Source of the DNA: Bacteroidota bacterium | GTDB taxonomy: Bacteria; Bacteroidota; Bacteroidia; Bacteroidales; FEN-979 | Length of the DNA stretch: 64,000 nt | NCBI GenBank assembly: GCA_037133475.1 | Contig: JBAXOB010000002.1 | Location: forward strand, 132,121 to 196,120 | Direction: 5' to 3' | Part shown: piece after piece, positions 18,860 through 27,997 of the stretch | Numbering within the stretch: position 1 is the first letter of the stretch | Layout of the letters: each line of letters opens with the position of its first letter | Made by a program: the position numbers and the translations under genes | Notes under the pieces: model-generated | Database searches by the model: none | The model's input: only the letters and a program-made list of their open reading frames with translations | Told to the model about the DNA's origin: nothing

Positions 18860-21525
18860 CAGAATTTGAATTGGTAATTAAGTGAAGGGATGATACCGGC
18901 AACCGAAACCGACGTCGGAAGCAGGGTTGATTGTCCGTTCTGGTTGGATGGTACGACAAAGTCGCCATTGTCGTTCAACATCTTGTTGAAATTTATCGCG
19001 AAGGGGTTCAGTCTGCCATAAGCATTATAAATTGTCAATGCCAGGGAATGGCGGAACCTGCTTCCCGGTTTGTTGAAGGCATAGGTAACCGAAAGGTCGA
19101 GGCGGTGATAGTCGGGAAGCCGGTCATTGTTTTTTTCCCCATACAGGGGTACGGAATAGCCGTTGAAATAATAAAAGCCAACGGGGGTTGTAATGGCGCC
19201 CCCGGTGAGGTAGATCCAGTTTGCCGTGAAGGTCCAGCGTTTTTTGGTATCGTAGCAAAGGTTCACGCAGATGTCGTTGGGCCTGTCATAATTTGCGCGA
19301 TAGGTCATTCCTTCGTTGACCCCCGGGGTTTGGATAAAGGCGCGCGACCAGGTATAACCTATCCAGCCGGTGAAGTTCCCCGTTTTTTTCCGGAGCATGA
19401 GCTCGAGTCCGTACGACCAGGCTTTGCCGAAGCGCAGCTCGCCTTCGATCAGCGGGTTGAACAGCATGTTGGCGTGGTCGGCGTAATCAAGGTGATCGCG
19501 GAACCATTTATAATAGGTCTCTGCCGAAACTGTGTATTCCGCCCCCGCCAGGTCGTGGAAAAAGCCAACAGCTACCTGGTCGGAGGTCTGCGGGCTGATA
19601 TTGGGTCCGCAGGGGGCCCACACCTCCAGCGAGGTGAAGGGGCTGGTGGAGTTTGACAGCAGCTGCAGAAACTGCGTGGAACGGCTGTAGCTGGCCTTCA
19701 GGCCCGTTTCCTGGTTGACCTGGTACTGGATGCTCAGCCGGGGTTCGGGGCTGAAGGCGGTGGAATAGGCGATATTGTTGCCATAGCTGATGGCATCGAT
19801 CAGGTGGTGGTTTACGTCAAAATAGCTGACCCTGGTAGGGCCGATATCCTGCCAAACGGGAAGGCGGATCCCATACCTTACCGATACCTTCCGGCTGACC
19901 ACCTGTTCGTTTGAAATGTAAAAAACATACTCCATGGCATGGTACTGCGCCACTACAGGGGCATCTTTTGCAGCATTGGTCGCGGTCTGCGACACATTTC
20001 CCGGGTTTGCGTGATGCAGGGTAACCTCCAGGCCGCTACGGATCGTATTACGCGGGTTCAGGTACCAGGTGAAATCTGTTTTAAACGTGATGTTGGAGAT
20101 CGATGAATTCCAGTAACCGTTCTGCTCCTGTGGCAGGGTAAGGGCATAGTTATACCTGCTGTAATTCAGGGTGGTGTTGGAAAATATCCGGCTGCTGAAA
20201 AGATGGTTCCAGCGGAAGGTTCCCGCAAGGTTGTTCCAGTTCATTCCAAAATAGTTGGTTTCGGTGGTTAACTGGCGGTTGAAGTCATCTTCGCCCGTAT
20301 AAAAGGTAAAGAAAAAACGGTTGTTGTCATTCTGCCTGTAATTTAATTTGGCATTGACATCGAAAAACTGGAAGTCGAACGTTTTATTCAACGCGCTGAT
20401 GCTGTTCATCCAGTTAAGGGTTGAAAGCCTGCCCGAAATGCAGAAGGAGCCGCGGTCCTTCACGATGGGGCCCTCCACCGAGAGATTGGAGGCAAAAGGG
20501 CCGATATTCCCCGAGAAACCAAACCGTTTCATATTGCCTTCGCGTGCCTTGATATCGATCACCGAGGATAGGCGTCCGCCAAATTTAGCGGGGAAATCGC
20601 CTTTATAAATTTCGACTTCATTGATGGCGTCGGGTGCAAAGGCCGAGAAAAACCCAAACAGGTGCGAGGGGTTATAAACCGGTACTTCATCGATCAGCAT
20701 CAGGTTCTGATCACTGTTGCCACCCCTGACAAAGTAAAAGGAGGAGCCGTCGCCGAAGGTCTGTATCCCCGGAACTGCCTGGAGGGCGCGGATTACATCG
20801 AGGTCGCCCCCGAACCCCGGCAGTTGTGCCAGGGTTTTTTGTGAAAACCGCAGCTCACTCATCTGGTGATTCCGGGTTTCGGCTTCATGATCAGCTGCGA
20901 CGATTTCAACTTCCCTGATTTCCAGCTTATCCTCCTCCAGTTCAACCGACATCCTGGTATTCTCCTTCATGGCCACATCCCGTATGATCTCCTTATAGCC
21001 CATATAGGAGAACACCACGGGATAGGTGCCGCCCGGCAGGGTCAGGGAGTAAAATCCATAACCGTTGGTCATGGCGCCTGTTGTGGTTCCCCGGATGTAG
21101 ATATTAGCCCCGATCAGCGCTTCACCCGAAGTTTTATCGCGGAGAAAACCGCTCAGCGTAAACCGGGATGGATGAAGGGCAACCCCGGCAGTTTTTTCCT
21201 CCCCCGGGGCGACCCGCTGTTTCAATACAATATGGTTTTCCACCGTAAAATAATCGATCCCGTGAGGTAAAAATATTTCGCTGAGGATCTCCCTGATCCT
21301 CCTTTTCCTGGCATGTATGGTGACCCGCATATTGGCAGGAAGCACCTGCGGATTAAAGGAGAAATCGACCGATCCAAGACGTGAAATTTCCTGAAGCACC
21401 TCGTTGACTGGCTTGTCGATGACTTTCAGGGAAATCCGTTTATCAAGATCCTGTGAAAAGGAGCGGGTGGAAAAGATGAATACAAGGAGGAGGAGAAGGA
21501 GTGGAAATGTTAACCGGGGGCGCAT
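18859..21525 (-). CDS. TonB-dependent receptor/transducer with N-terminal STN signalling domain and CarboxypepD_reg domain
   Basis: Start taken at 'MRPRLTFPLLLLLLVF' (signal peptide), which avoids overlap with fecR. STN-like 'ISLKVIDKPVNEVLQEISR...', a carboxypeptidase-regulatory fold, plug 'FYFVRGGNSDQNLMLIDEVPVYN', terminal 'YQFKF'. Confidence 0.88.
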   Translation of the reverse strand: MRPRLTFPLLLLLLVFIFSTRSFSQDLDKRISLKVIDKPVNEVLQEISRLGSVDFSFNPQVLPANMRVTIHARKRRIREILSEIFLPHGIDYFTVENHIVLKQRVAPGEEKTAGVALHPSRFTLSGFLRDKTSGEALIGANIYIRGTTTGAMTNGYGFYSLTLPGGTYPVVFSYMGYKEIIRDVAMKENTRMSVELEEDKLEIREVEIVAADHEAETRNHQMSELRFSQKTLAQLPGFGGDLDVIRALQAVPGIQTFGDGSSFYFVRGGNSDQNLMLIDEVPVYNPSHLFGFFSAFAPDAINEVEIYKGDFPAKFGGRLSSVIDIKAREGNMKRFGFSGNIGPFASNLSVEGPIVKDRGSFCISGRLSTLNWMNSISALNKTFDFQFFDVNAKLNYRQNDNNRFFFTFYTGEDDFNRQLTTETNYFGMNWNNLAGTFRWNHLFSSRIFSNTTLNYSRYNYALTLPQEQNGYWNSSISNITFKTDFTWYLNPRNTIRSGLEVTLHHANPGNVSQTATNAAKDAPVVAQYHAMEYVFYISNEQVVSRKVSVRYGIRLPVWQDIGPTRVSYFDVNHHLIDAISYGNNIAYSTAFSPEPRLSIQYQVNQETGLKASYSRSTQFLQLLSNSTSPFTSLEVWAPCGPNISPQTSDQVAVGFFHDLAGAEYTVSAETYYKWFRDHLDYADHANMLFNPLIEGELRFGKAWSYGLELMLRKKTGNFTGWIGYTWSRAFIQTPGVNEGMTYRANYDRPNDICVNLCYDTKKRWTFTANWIYLTGGAITTPVGFYYFNGYSVPLYGEKNNDRLPDYHRLDLSVTYAFNKPGSRFRHSLALTIYNAYGRLNPFAINFNKMLNDNGDFVVPSNQNGQSTLLPTSVSVAGIIPSLNYQFKF

Positions 21526-21547
21526 CAATGCCGTTGAAATTCTGACA

Positions 21548-22591
21548 TTATCTGCATCCATGACCGGAGAGTTCGATCCCCGTCCCGGTATTCCGGATCT
21601 GCAAATCAAGGGTGGCTTTGAGAACATTCAGTACCGATTCGAGCGATTGTTTGTCAAAGATAGTGGTAATCCTGCAATCACCGGGTCCGTCGGCCGCAAT
21701 TCGCAAATTGGTGTGATAAACCTTCGCCAGCAGGACGACTGCTTCGCTAAGCGGTGTATTATTAAAGACCATGCGTTTCGTTTTCCATGCCAGGAAGTTC
21801 GGGTCATCATTGGCCGACCGGATGATCTGTTCATGATCGCAACCCGCCTCCGCTTTATCGCCCGGGGCAAGGATTGCCATCGTTTCAGGTTTACCGGCAA
21901 AATAGACCTGTACTTTCCCGGTTGCCAGGATGATCTCACTGGTATTGCTGAGGGTATGGGTGTTCACGGAGAAGGTTGTGCCAACTACCCTGATTCTTAC
22001 ATCACCGGCGGCAATCACAAAGGGGCGGGCTGCATTATGCGAAACCTCGAACCAGGCCTCTCCCTTCAATGTTACCTGGCGGACCGATCCCTCAAACTCC
22101 GCCGGACAGGTCAGGATGGCACCGGCATTCAACGTTACCCGGGTGCCATCCGACAGGGCGACCTCCACAACCTGGTTTGCTGCCGCATACTGCATCTCTG
22201 CAGGCTTTGCCAGGTACCGGTACAGGAAAAACGAGGGGACTGCCACCAGCAGGAAAACCGCCGCAACACGCAGCGACCATGACAGGATAAGGGACCGGGA
22301 AGTAGTCACAGGGGCGTTTTCAACGGACCCCGACAGGGGAATAACCTTCGGGCCTTCCCCGGCAATCCCGATCTTCGATCTAAGGGAAGCCAGGTCCTGC
22401 TCAATATTGAACGCAGAACCGGAGGTTGCCCTGCCCAGGATTTCGGTTGTTTTACGATAAGACAAAAACAACTCCCTGTTTGCAGGATCCGCCTTGACCC
22501 AATGCTCCAGCTCCTGGATCTCTTCAGGAGTTGCCTCTCCGAAGAAGTACTTGGTAATCAAGTCAATGTAATATGTTGTGTTTGTTTCCAT
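21548..22591 (-). CDS. FecR-family anti-sigma factor/sensor
   Basis: N-terminal 'YFFGEATPEEIQELEHWV', a single TM, and a FecR domain 'GEAWFEVSHNAARPFVIAAGDVRIRVVGTTFSV'. ATG 22591 is preferred over the GTG at 22615, which lies inside the conserved motif. Confidence 0.85.
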   Translation of the reverse strand: METNTTYYIDLITKYFFGEATPEEIQELEHWVKADPANRELFLSYRKTTEILGRATSGSAFNIEQDLASLRSKIGIAGEGPKVIPLSGSVENAPVTTSRSLILSWSLRVAAVFLLVAVPSFFLYRYLAKPAEMQYAAANQVVEVALSDGTRVTLNAGAILTCPAEFEGSVRQVTLKGEAWFEVSHNAARPFVIAAGDVRIRVVGTTFSVNTHTLSNTSEIILATGKVQVYFAGKPETMAILAPGDKAEAGCDHEQIIRSANDDPNFLAWKTKRMVFNNTPLSEAVVLLAKVYHTNLRIAADGPGDCRITTIFDKQSLESVLNVLKATLDLQIRNTGTGIELSGHGCR

Positions 22592-22605
22592 TACAATTTG
22601 CCGTT

Positions 22606-22638
22606 GATAATACACCCGGATTCGTCGTTACCCTGATG
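22606..22638 (-). promoter_or_regulatory. conserved bipartite motif CATCAGGGTAAC-N11-GTGTATTATC (candidate ECF-type promoter), copy 1
   Basis: The minus strand reads catcagggtaacgacgaatccgggtgtattatc. It starts directly after the sigma-factor stop codon and ends 15 nt before the fecR ATG. Confidence 0.5.
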
Positions 22639-23223
22639 TCAGACCGGTAAAAAATTTGGTATAACCGTAAAATGGTGAAAATAAAAGCATAAAAAAAAGA
22701 GGGTTGGCAGATAGTCAGCCAGGTGAACGCGCATATGCTGCAAGGCTTTCGACATCTGGGTTTCAACAGTTTTGACAGAAATCCCGAGTTTTTCGGCGAT
22801 CTGCTGGTATTTCAGGTTTTCGTGGCGGTTCAGGATGAATATTTCCCGGCATTTTTCAGGGAGAGCGGCTATACTGCTTGCAATTTTATCCCTGATCTCC
22901 TGTTCCACAAGATGATCCGGCTGGTCATACCCTGCCTCTTCCGCCAGGTTTTCCATCGCCAGCAGGTCGCTGCTGAACTTTTTATGGTCGCGCAAATGGT
23001 TGAGGCATTTATTCCTGACAGTTGCCGAAAGGTAACTTTTCACAGGCTTTGTAAGGTCGATGGTCTCCCTTTTTTCCCAGAGACTCACGAAGGCGTCCTG
23101 GACAATCTCCCTGGCAACTTCATCCTGTTTCACATAGCCCGAAGCAAACCGGCAAAGGCCCTGGTAGTGGCTCCTGAAAAGAAACGCAAGTGTTTGTTCG
23201 TCGAATTTACCAGTCTCTGTCAT
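22639..23223 (-). CDS. ECF (sigma-70 family, group 4) RNA polymerase sigma factor
   Basis: 194 aa. Region 2 'DEVAREIVQDAFVSLWEKR', region 4 'LPEKCREIFILNRHENLKYQQIAEKLGISVKTVETQMSKAL'. Confidence 0.9.
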   Translation of the reverse strand: MTETGKFDEQTLAFLFRSHYQGLCRFASGYVKQDEVAREIVQDAFVSLWEKRETIDLTKPVKSYLSATVRNKCLNHLRDHKKFSSDLLAMENLAEEAGYDQPDHLVEQEIRDKIASSIAALPEKCREIFILNRHENLKYQQIAEKLGISVKTVETQMSKALQHMRVHLADYLPTLFFLCFYFHHFTVIPNFLPV

Positions 23224-23307
23224 GAATTTTCAAACGTGATCCAGGCAGTAAAAGTATCAATAAAATTGTTGTAAGCCAATGAAAGCTGGAATTCACGAAT
23301 AAAGGCT

Positions 23308-23363
23308 CCCATTCAATATCCGACATTCGCTATTCAATATTCGATATTCAATATTCGATATTC
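23308..23363. repeat. eight phased heptads nnnATTC (last four = 2 x aatattcgatattc)
   Basis: cccattc aatatcc gacattc gctattc aatattc gatattc aatattc gatattc. Located between the acyl-CoA ligase stop and the sigma-factor start. Confidence 0.85.
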
Positions 23364-23369
23364 TTCCGG

Positions 23370-25013
23370 TCAGGTGTACATAAACCGCTTGATCTTTTGT
23401 GTTGCGGTTTTCTGGAAAGGGTCGGGTTGGGCGATGACAAGCTGTACCTGGGAGAATTTGTTAACCCTGGCATTGACATATTCCTGCAGTTCCGCGCGGA
23501 GCTCCTCGGTTTTCTGTTCGACATAGTTGGTCACCTCATTTTTAAGATGGAGGTATCGCTGTTCGATCTCCTCCTGGTTGAAATGGACCAGGGCGATGAG
23601 TTTGCCTTTTTTCTCGATTACCAGCGATTCGACGACATAGCGGAAGTTGTTGATGACCGATTCGATATCCTCGGGATAGACATTTTCGCCATTGGACCTG
23701 ACGATCATGCTTTTGACCCTGCCGCGGATAAAAAGGTTCTGTTGCTTGTCGAAGGCTCCCAGGTCGCCGGTTTTAAGCCAGCCATCAGGGGTGATCAGTT
23801 CGGCGGTAAGCAGGGGTTCCTTGTAATAACCTTTCATGACGTTGGCTCCTTTTGCCCAGATCTCACCTTCTCCCGTATGCGGATCTGCATTCATGATCTT
23901 GAGTTCCACCCCCCGGCAGGCAGGCCCGGTCGACTGCAACACAGGGTGCTGCGGGTTAAACCCGGCCAGCAGGGGGGCGCATTCGGTCAATCCGTATCCG
24001 ACGGCATAGGGAAAATGGCTTTCAATGAGGAAGCGTTCAACTGTCTTATTCAATTTTGCCCCGCCAACGCCGAAAAATGTCAGTTCCCCGCCAAAGGTCT
24101 TCATCAGTTTTTTACCTGCCACCCGGTGCAGGAATTTCCTGATGGGAGGTGCTTTATATAAAAAGCTGACAACCCTCTTTTCGGTGAAGGTCGGCAGGAT
24201 TTTAGACCGGAATATTTTTTCGATGATCAGGGGAACCGTGAGCATGGTGGTTGGCCTGACCTCCAGCAGGGCAGGCAGCAGCAGGGCGGGAGTGGGTGGT
24301 TTCCCAAGGTAATAGACGCAAGCCCCGCTGTACATGGGCAGTATAAGCCCAAGCGTGTTTTCGTATGTGTGCGAAAGCGGGAGGATGGAGAGAAAACGGT
24401 CGGTTTCCAGGATCTCCTGTATTTCAAACCCCTTGACGGCCGTATAACAGATATTCCGGTGGGTAAGCATGACCCCTTTGGGGTTCCCGGTAGTTCCCGA
24501 AGTATAAATAATGGCGGCAACGTCATCCTCTTCAACCTGTTTTACCGATGCGGGTCGCGCTTCCGGATCAAAAGCCGGCCAGTATTCAAAAGACCTGACA
24601 ACGGAAAAATCCTCAATCCTGACCACCTCAAGCAGGTAGTCGGTAGAGATCCCCACGAGTTTGGGCAATAATCCTTCTGATGCAAAAATGACTTTGGTTT
24701 CGGAATGATCGAGCAGTGCGGTAATTTCAACAGGAAGAAATTCAGGCAAAAGCGGCACCGCGATGGCGCCCATAAAAGTAATCGCGAAATAAACTATGGC
24801 CCAGTTGGGCTGGTTGGTGCACAAAATCGCAACCTTGTCGCCAGGTTCTATTCCCAGCTTCTCAAGAAATGCAATTACAGCCAGGATACGATCATTGGTT
24901 TCAAGATAGGTGAGCGGCTTCTTTCCTACGATTGCCAAGGCATCGCGATTGCCGTGCCGCCTAAGGGTAGCTGCAAAAAAAGCCGGAAAAGTCAACAGGG
25001 TTGTGTCTTCCAT
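23370..25013 (-). CDS. AMP-dependent synthetase / long-chain fatty acid-CoA ligase
   Basis: 547 aa. AMP-binding signature 'IIYTSGTTGNPKGVMLTHRN', 'GYGLTE', 'TGDLG', 'QKTATQKIKR'. Confidence 0.9.
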   Translation of the reverse strand: MEDTTLLTFPAFFAATLRRHGNRDALAIVGKKPLTYLETNDRILAVIAFLEKLGIEPGDKVAILCTNQPNWAIVYFAITFMGAIAVPLLPEFLPVEITALLDHSETKVIFASEGLLPKLVGISTDYLLEVVRIEDFSVVRSFEYWPAFDPEARPASVKQVEEDDVAAIIYTSGTTGNPKGVMLTHRNICYTAVKGFEIQEILETDRFLSILPLSHTYENTLGLILPMYSGACVYYLGKPPTPALLLPALLEVRPTTMLTVPLIIEKIFRSKILPTFTEKRVVSFLYKAPPIRKFLHRVAGKKLMKTFGGELTFFGVGGAKLNKTVERFLIESHFPYAVGYGLTECAPLLAGFNPQHPVLQSTGPACRGVELKIMNADPHTGEGEIWAKGANVMKGYYKEPLLTAELITPDGWLKTGDLGAFDKQQNLFIRGRVKSMIVRSNGENVYPEDIESVINNFRYVVESLVIEKKGKLIALVHFNQEEIEQRYLHLKNEVTNYVEQKTEELRAELQEYVNARVNKFSQVQLVIAQPDPFQKTATQKIKRFMYT

Positions 25014-25080
25014 GATATGTTTTGCCCAGGAAATACCCCCTTGACTAGCTGAAAAAACAGTTAGAGAGAGATATTGCCTG

Positions 25081-25088
25081 CAAAGTTA
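25081..25088 (-). promoter_or_regulatory. -7 promoter box (taactttg on minus strand)
   Basis: TAnnTTTG match 67 nt upstream of the ligase ATG (25013). The spacing is longer than at the other genes. Confidence 0.3.
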
Positions 25089-25374
25089 TAAATAATTCTC
25101 TGGGATTCTTTTTTCTTCTCCGGGAAAATGAACCATAAGTCACGTACAAAAATAAATCAATTCATTATTTACTATTGACTTTCAGCATTTTAGTTTGTAT
25201 ATTTGGGCTAATCAATCTGTTGTTCAACAATAACCCATACTGCCATTTTTCGTCCCGCAGGTGAGTCATCATGTTAGGTTCCGGTTTTCCGGTCCAACAT
25301 ATCCATCTGATTTTCTTATACATAAAAACCTGAATGACACCTGTTTTCTCTGATTTTATAACTGAATTAAATTT

Positions 25375-25459
25375 TAACCACCATGACCCAATGAAGGCAC
25401 AATGCACACAAGGAATCTCGTGTTGAACATAGTGTAAATCATTGTTTTATTAGTGGTTA
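25375..25459. repeat. imperfect palindromic intergenic element, TAACCAC...GTGGTTA termini with CACAA/CAATG iterations (copy A)
   Basis: The left arm taaccaccatgacccaatgaaggcacaatgcacacaagg matches the reverse complement of the right arm, taaccactaataaaacaatgatttacactatgttcaacacg. Related copies lie at 39843-39947 and 54706-54778. Confidence 0.65.
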
Positions 25460-25584
25460 TATTAAACGCATAATTATGGAACAGGATTCTTTTGAAAAAT
25501 GATAATATTTTACCGGATCCATGGTTTGCGATTCCTGAAAATGATGTGAATTTTCATAATATCCTCACTTAAATTGACCGAAAA

Positions 25585-26382
25585 ATGAAAAAACTAGCAG
25601 CATTATTGGTAATTGTATTACTCGTTGGACAGGTAAAGGCCCAACCCACCGAATTTCTTCCACAGAAAGATTTCCGGGTGGAAAAACAGAAGATCTACGA
25701 GGGAATTAATGCCTCCAGGAGGCAGCTGACCGAAATCAGGCAGGCAGATGTAAAAATGAGGCAATCGCTCGACAGCCTGAAACATGTGATCGTTGTATAC
25801 TCGGGACAACTGACCGTTGCGGCCGATTCTCTGGCAAAAACCACCATCCGGCTGAATGCCCTTCAGGAGAAGGTCAATAGTGAAAAGGTCCTTCCCCGCG
25901 GCCTTCGTATTCTGTTTCTGCTGATTCTGCTGCTCCTGTTTGTCCTGGTTTTTATCCTCCTGTATATGATCCATCGGAAAGCCGGGCTGAAATTTGATTC
26001 GCTCTCGGCTCTCGATGCAAAAACCAACGAAAGGCTGGCAGATGTGTCGAAAACTGCGAAAACCGACATTCAGGTTTGCCGGGATCTTGTTTTAAATACA
26101 ACCAATGAGATGGATCAGCGGATTGAATCAGGCCTGAATGCACTCGAAGTAAAACATGGGCAGCTTGAATCGCAGATAACCGAAAAAACGGCCGGAATCG
26201 ATGCCCTGCTTCAATCCGCAGGCAAGGAAATTGCCGCCCTGAAAGAGGTTCAGGCAAACGGTCTGAAAAACCTTGAAGAGAAGCTGAACAGCCTGCTTCA
26301 GAATGCTGAAAATCAATCAAGGGCGTTGACGGACCAGGTTGCAAAGATCGAAGGGGAAATTCTCCGTATGAAAGGAAAATAA
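25585..26382 (+). CDS. hypothetical membrane protein with coiled-coil segments
   Basis: 265 aa. Signal peptide, central TM 'ILFLLILLLLFVLVFILLYMI', and heptad-like Leu/Gln/Lys-rich flanks. Confidence 0.6.
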   Translation: MKKLAALLVIVLLVGQVKAQPTEFLPQKDFRVEKQKIYEGINASRRQLTEIRQADVKMRQSLDSLKHVIVVYSGQLTVAADSLAKTTIRLNALQEKVNSEKVLPRGLRILFLLILLLLFVLVFILLYMIHRKAGLKFDSLSALDAKTNERLADVSKTAKTDIQVCRDLVLNTTNEMDQRIESGLNALEVKHGQLESQITEKTAGIDALLQSAGKEIAALKEVQANGLKNLEEKLNSLLQNAENQSRALTDQVAKIEGEILRMKGK

Positions 26383-26482
26383 CAGGATGAACCTGCAGGA
26401 AAACATCCCGGTAAGGATCACATAATGATTTTTATCCTGACAATTTCCTAATATAAAATTTGCTGATTTCAAATCCGCTTTA

Positions 26483-26490
26483 TAATTTTG
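26483..26490 (+). promoter_or_regulatory. -7 promoter box (taattttg)
   Basis: TAnnTTTG match 37 nt upstream of ATG 26528. Confidence 0.4.
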
Positions 26491-26527
26491 TATCTGAAAC
26501 ATTACAATCCTTCAGAAAAACAGCGTC

Positions 26528-27949
26528 ATGAAGAGACTAATCCCTTTTATGATGTCGGTATTGGCCGGCATTTCCGGCCTTGCTGCCGTACTTCACGTGC
26601 CACAGCAGTATTCGACGATTCAGGCAGCGATCAATGCAGCCGTAAATGGCGATACGGTGCTTGTTTCACCGGGAACCTATCATGAAAACATACAATTCAG
26701 GGGAAAAGGGATAACGCTTGCCAGTTTTTATCTTACCACCCATGATACCGCCTATATCGATGCCACCGTGATAAACGGCAGCCAGCCGGTTCATGCGGAT
26801 ACCGCCAGTTGCGTGATCATAAGGGGCAGCGGCCTGGCAACCAGCAATGATTCAACCGCCGCGCTGATAGGCTTCAAAATTACAGGCGGTACAGGTACCC
26901 GCTGGGAGGATGAACATGGTCCCGGCAGCTGGTACCGCGAAGGCGGCGGGATCCTGGTGCAGTATCTTTCACCGCGGATCGGCTTCAACCATATCACCTT
27001 CAACAAGGCTACGTCGCTGGTGAATTGCGTCAGTGCCGGCGGAGGGGCGATACGCTGCGGCGACGGGAACCCAAAAATTTTCAACAATATAATTGACAAC
27101 AACCAGGGTCGTTACGGCGGTGCCCTGGTCTTCAACTTTTCGGGTGCGGTCATTAAAAACAATATCATTGCCGGCAATACCGGAGGTGAAGATTTCGGCG
27201 GGGGAGGCATCTGGGCCTATGGTTCCGACGGTTTGAGCCGTCCCGGGATCGTGGAGAACAACACCATCGTCAACAATGCAAGTACCACGGTCGGCGGGGG
27301 AATACGGGCCTGGAGCACCACCATGTCGATCCGGAATACGATCCTTTGGGGGAATACAGCCCCGACAGGACCCCAGATCAATTACTCAGGAACCGCACCG
27401 GTAGTGCGGTACAGCGACGTCCAGGGCGGATACACAGGGTCGGGAAATCTCAACGTCACCCCCCTGTTCGGGGCCCAGAACTACTATCTTGCCGCCACGA
27501 GCCCGTGTATCGACAAAGGCGATTCGACGGCGGTTTACAATGATCCTCAGGATCCCCTGAACCCGGGAATGGCCCTGCCGCCGGCAAAAGGCACGATCCG
27601 CAACGATATGGGCGCCTATGGCGGGAACGGAAGCGCCGCTATGGCAGGGATCCCTACGATCTATGCCTCGGCAGTCGATTTATTTGCGCCCGGTTCCGCG
27701 TCGTTGAAAGTATACCCCAATCCTTGCCGTGATTTCCTGGTGGCCGGATACAGGCAACCCGGACCGGGGATGGTAACAGCGCGCGTTTTCAACTCAGATG
27801 GAAAAATCGCGCTATCCATCCCTGCCACTTGGGTAACCACGGGAAACCATTCTCTGAAAATTGCGGTTGCGAACCTGCCCCCCGGGACATACCTGTTGAG
27901 CCTTGAAACGGAAGGCGTTATAAAGAGCTGTCTCTTTGTAAAACAGTAA
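26528..27949 (+). CDS. right-handed beta-helix repeat protein with T9SS C-terminal sorting domain
   Basis: 473 aa. Signal peptide, a Gly/Asn-rich parallel beta-helix ('NNIIDNNQGRYGGALVF...NNIIAGNTGGEDFGGGGI...NNTIVNN'), and a C-terminal 'LKVYPNPCRDFLV...' Por-secretion tail. Confidence 0.8.
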   Translation: MKRLIPFMMSVLAGISGLAAVLHVPQQYSTIQAAINAAVNGDTVLVSPGTYHENIQFRGKGITLASFYLTTHDTAYIDATVINGSQPVHADTASCVIIRGSGLATSNDSTAALIGFKITGGTGTRWEDEHGPGSWYREGGGILVQYLSPRIGFNHITFNKATSLVNCVSAGGGAIRCGDGNPKIFNNIIDNNQGRYGGALVFNFSGAVIKNNIIAGNTGGEDFGGGGIWAYGSDGLSRPGIVENNTIVNNASTTVGGGIRAWSTTMSIRNTILWGNTAPTGPQINYSGTAPVVRYSDVQGGYTGSGNLNVTPLFGAQNYYLAATSPCIDKGDSTAVYNDPQDPLNPGMALPPAKGTIRNDMGAYGGNGSAAMAGIPTIYASAVDLFAPGSASLKVYPNPCRDFLVAGYRQPGPGMVTARVFNSDGKIALSIPATWVTTGNHSLKIAVANLPPGTYLLSLETEGVIKSCLFVKQ

Positions 27950-27997
27950 CGCGATGCAGAACCAGCCTTTTTGACTGGAATTTCTTACTTTTATCCC

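Noticed and set aside
25165-25407. 80-aa minus-strand ORF in the AT-rich spacer.
   Set aside because: It has low-complexity AT-driven codons, no promoter box or signal, and it overlaps the palindromic element.
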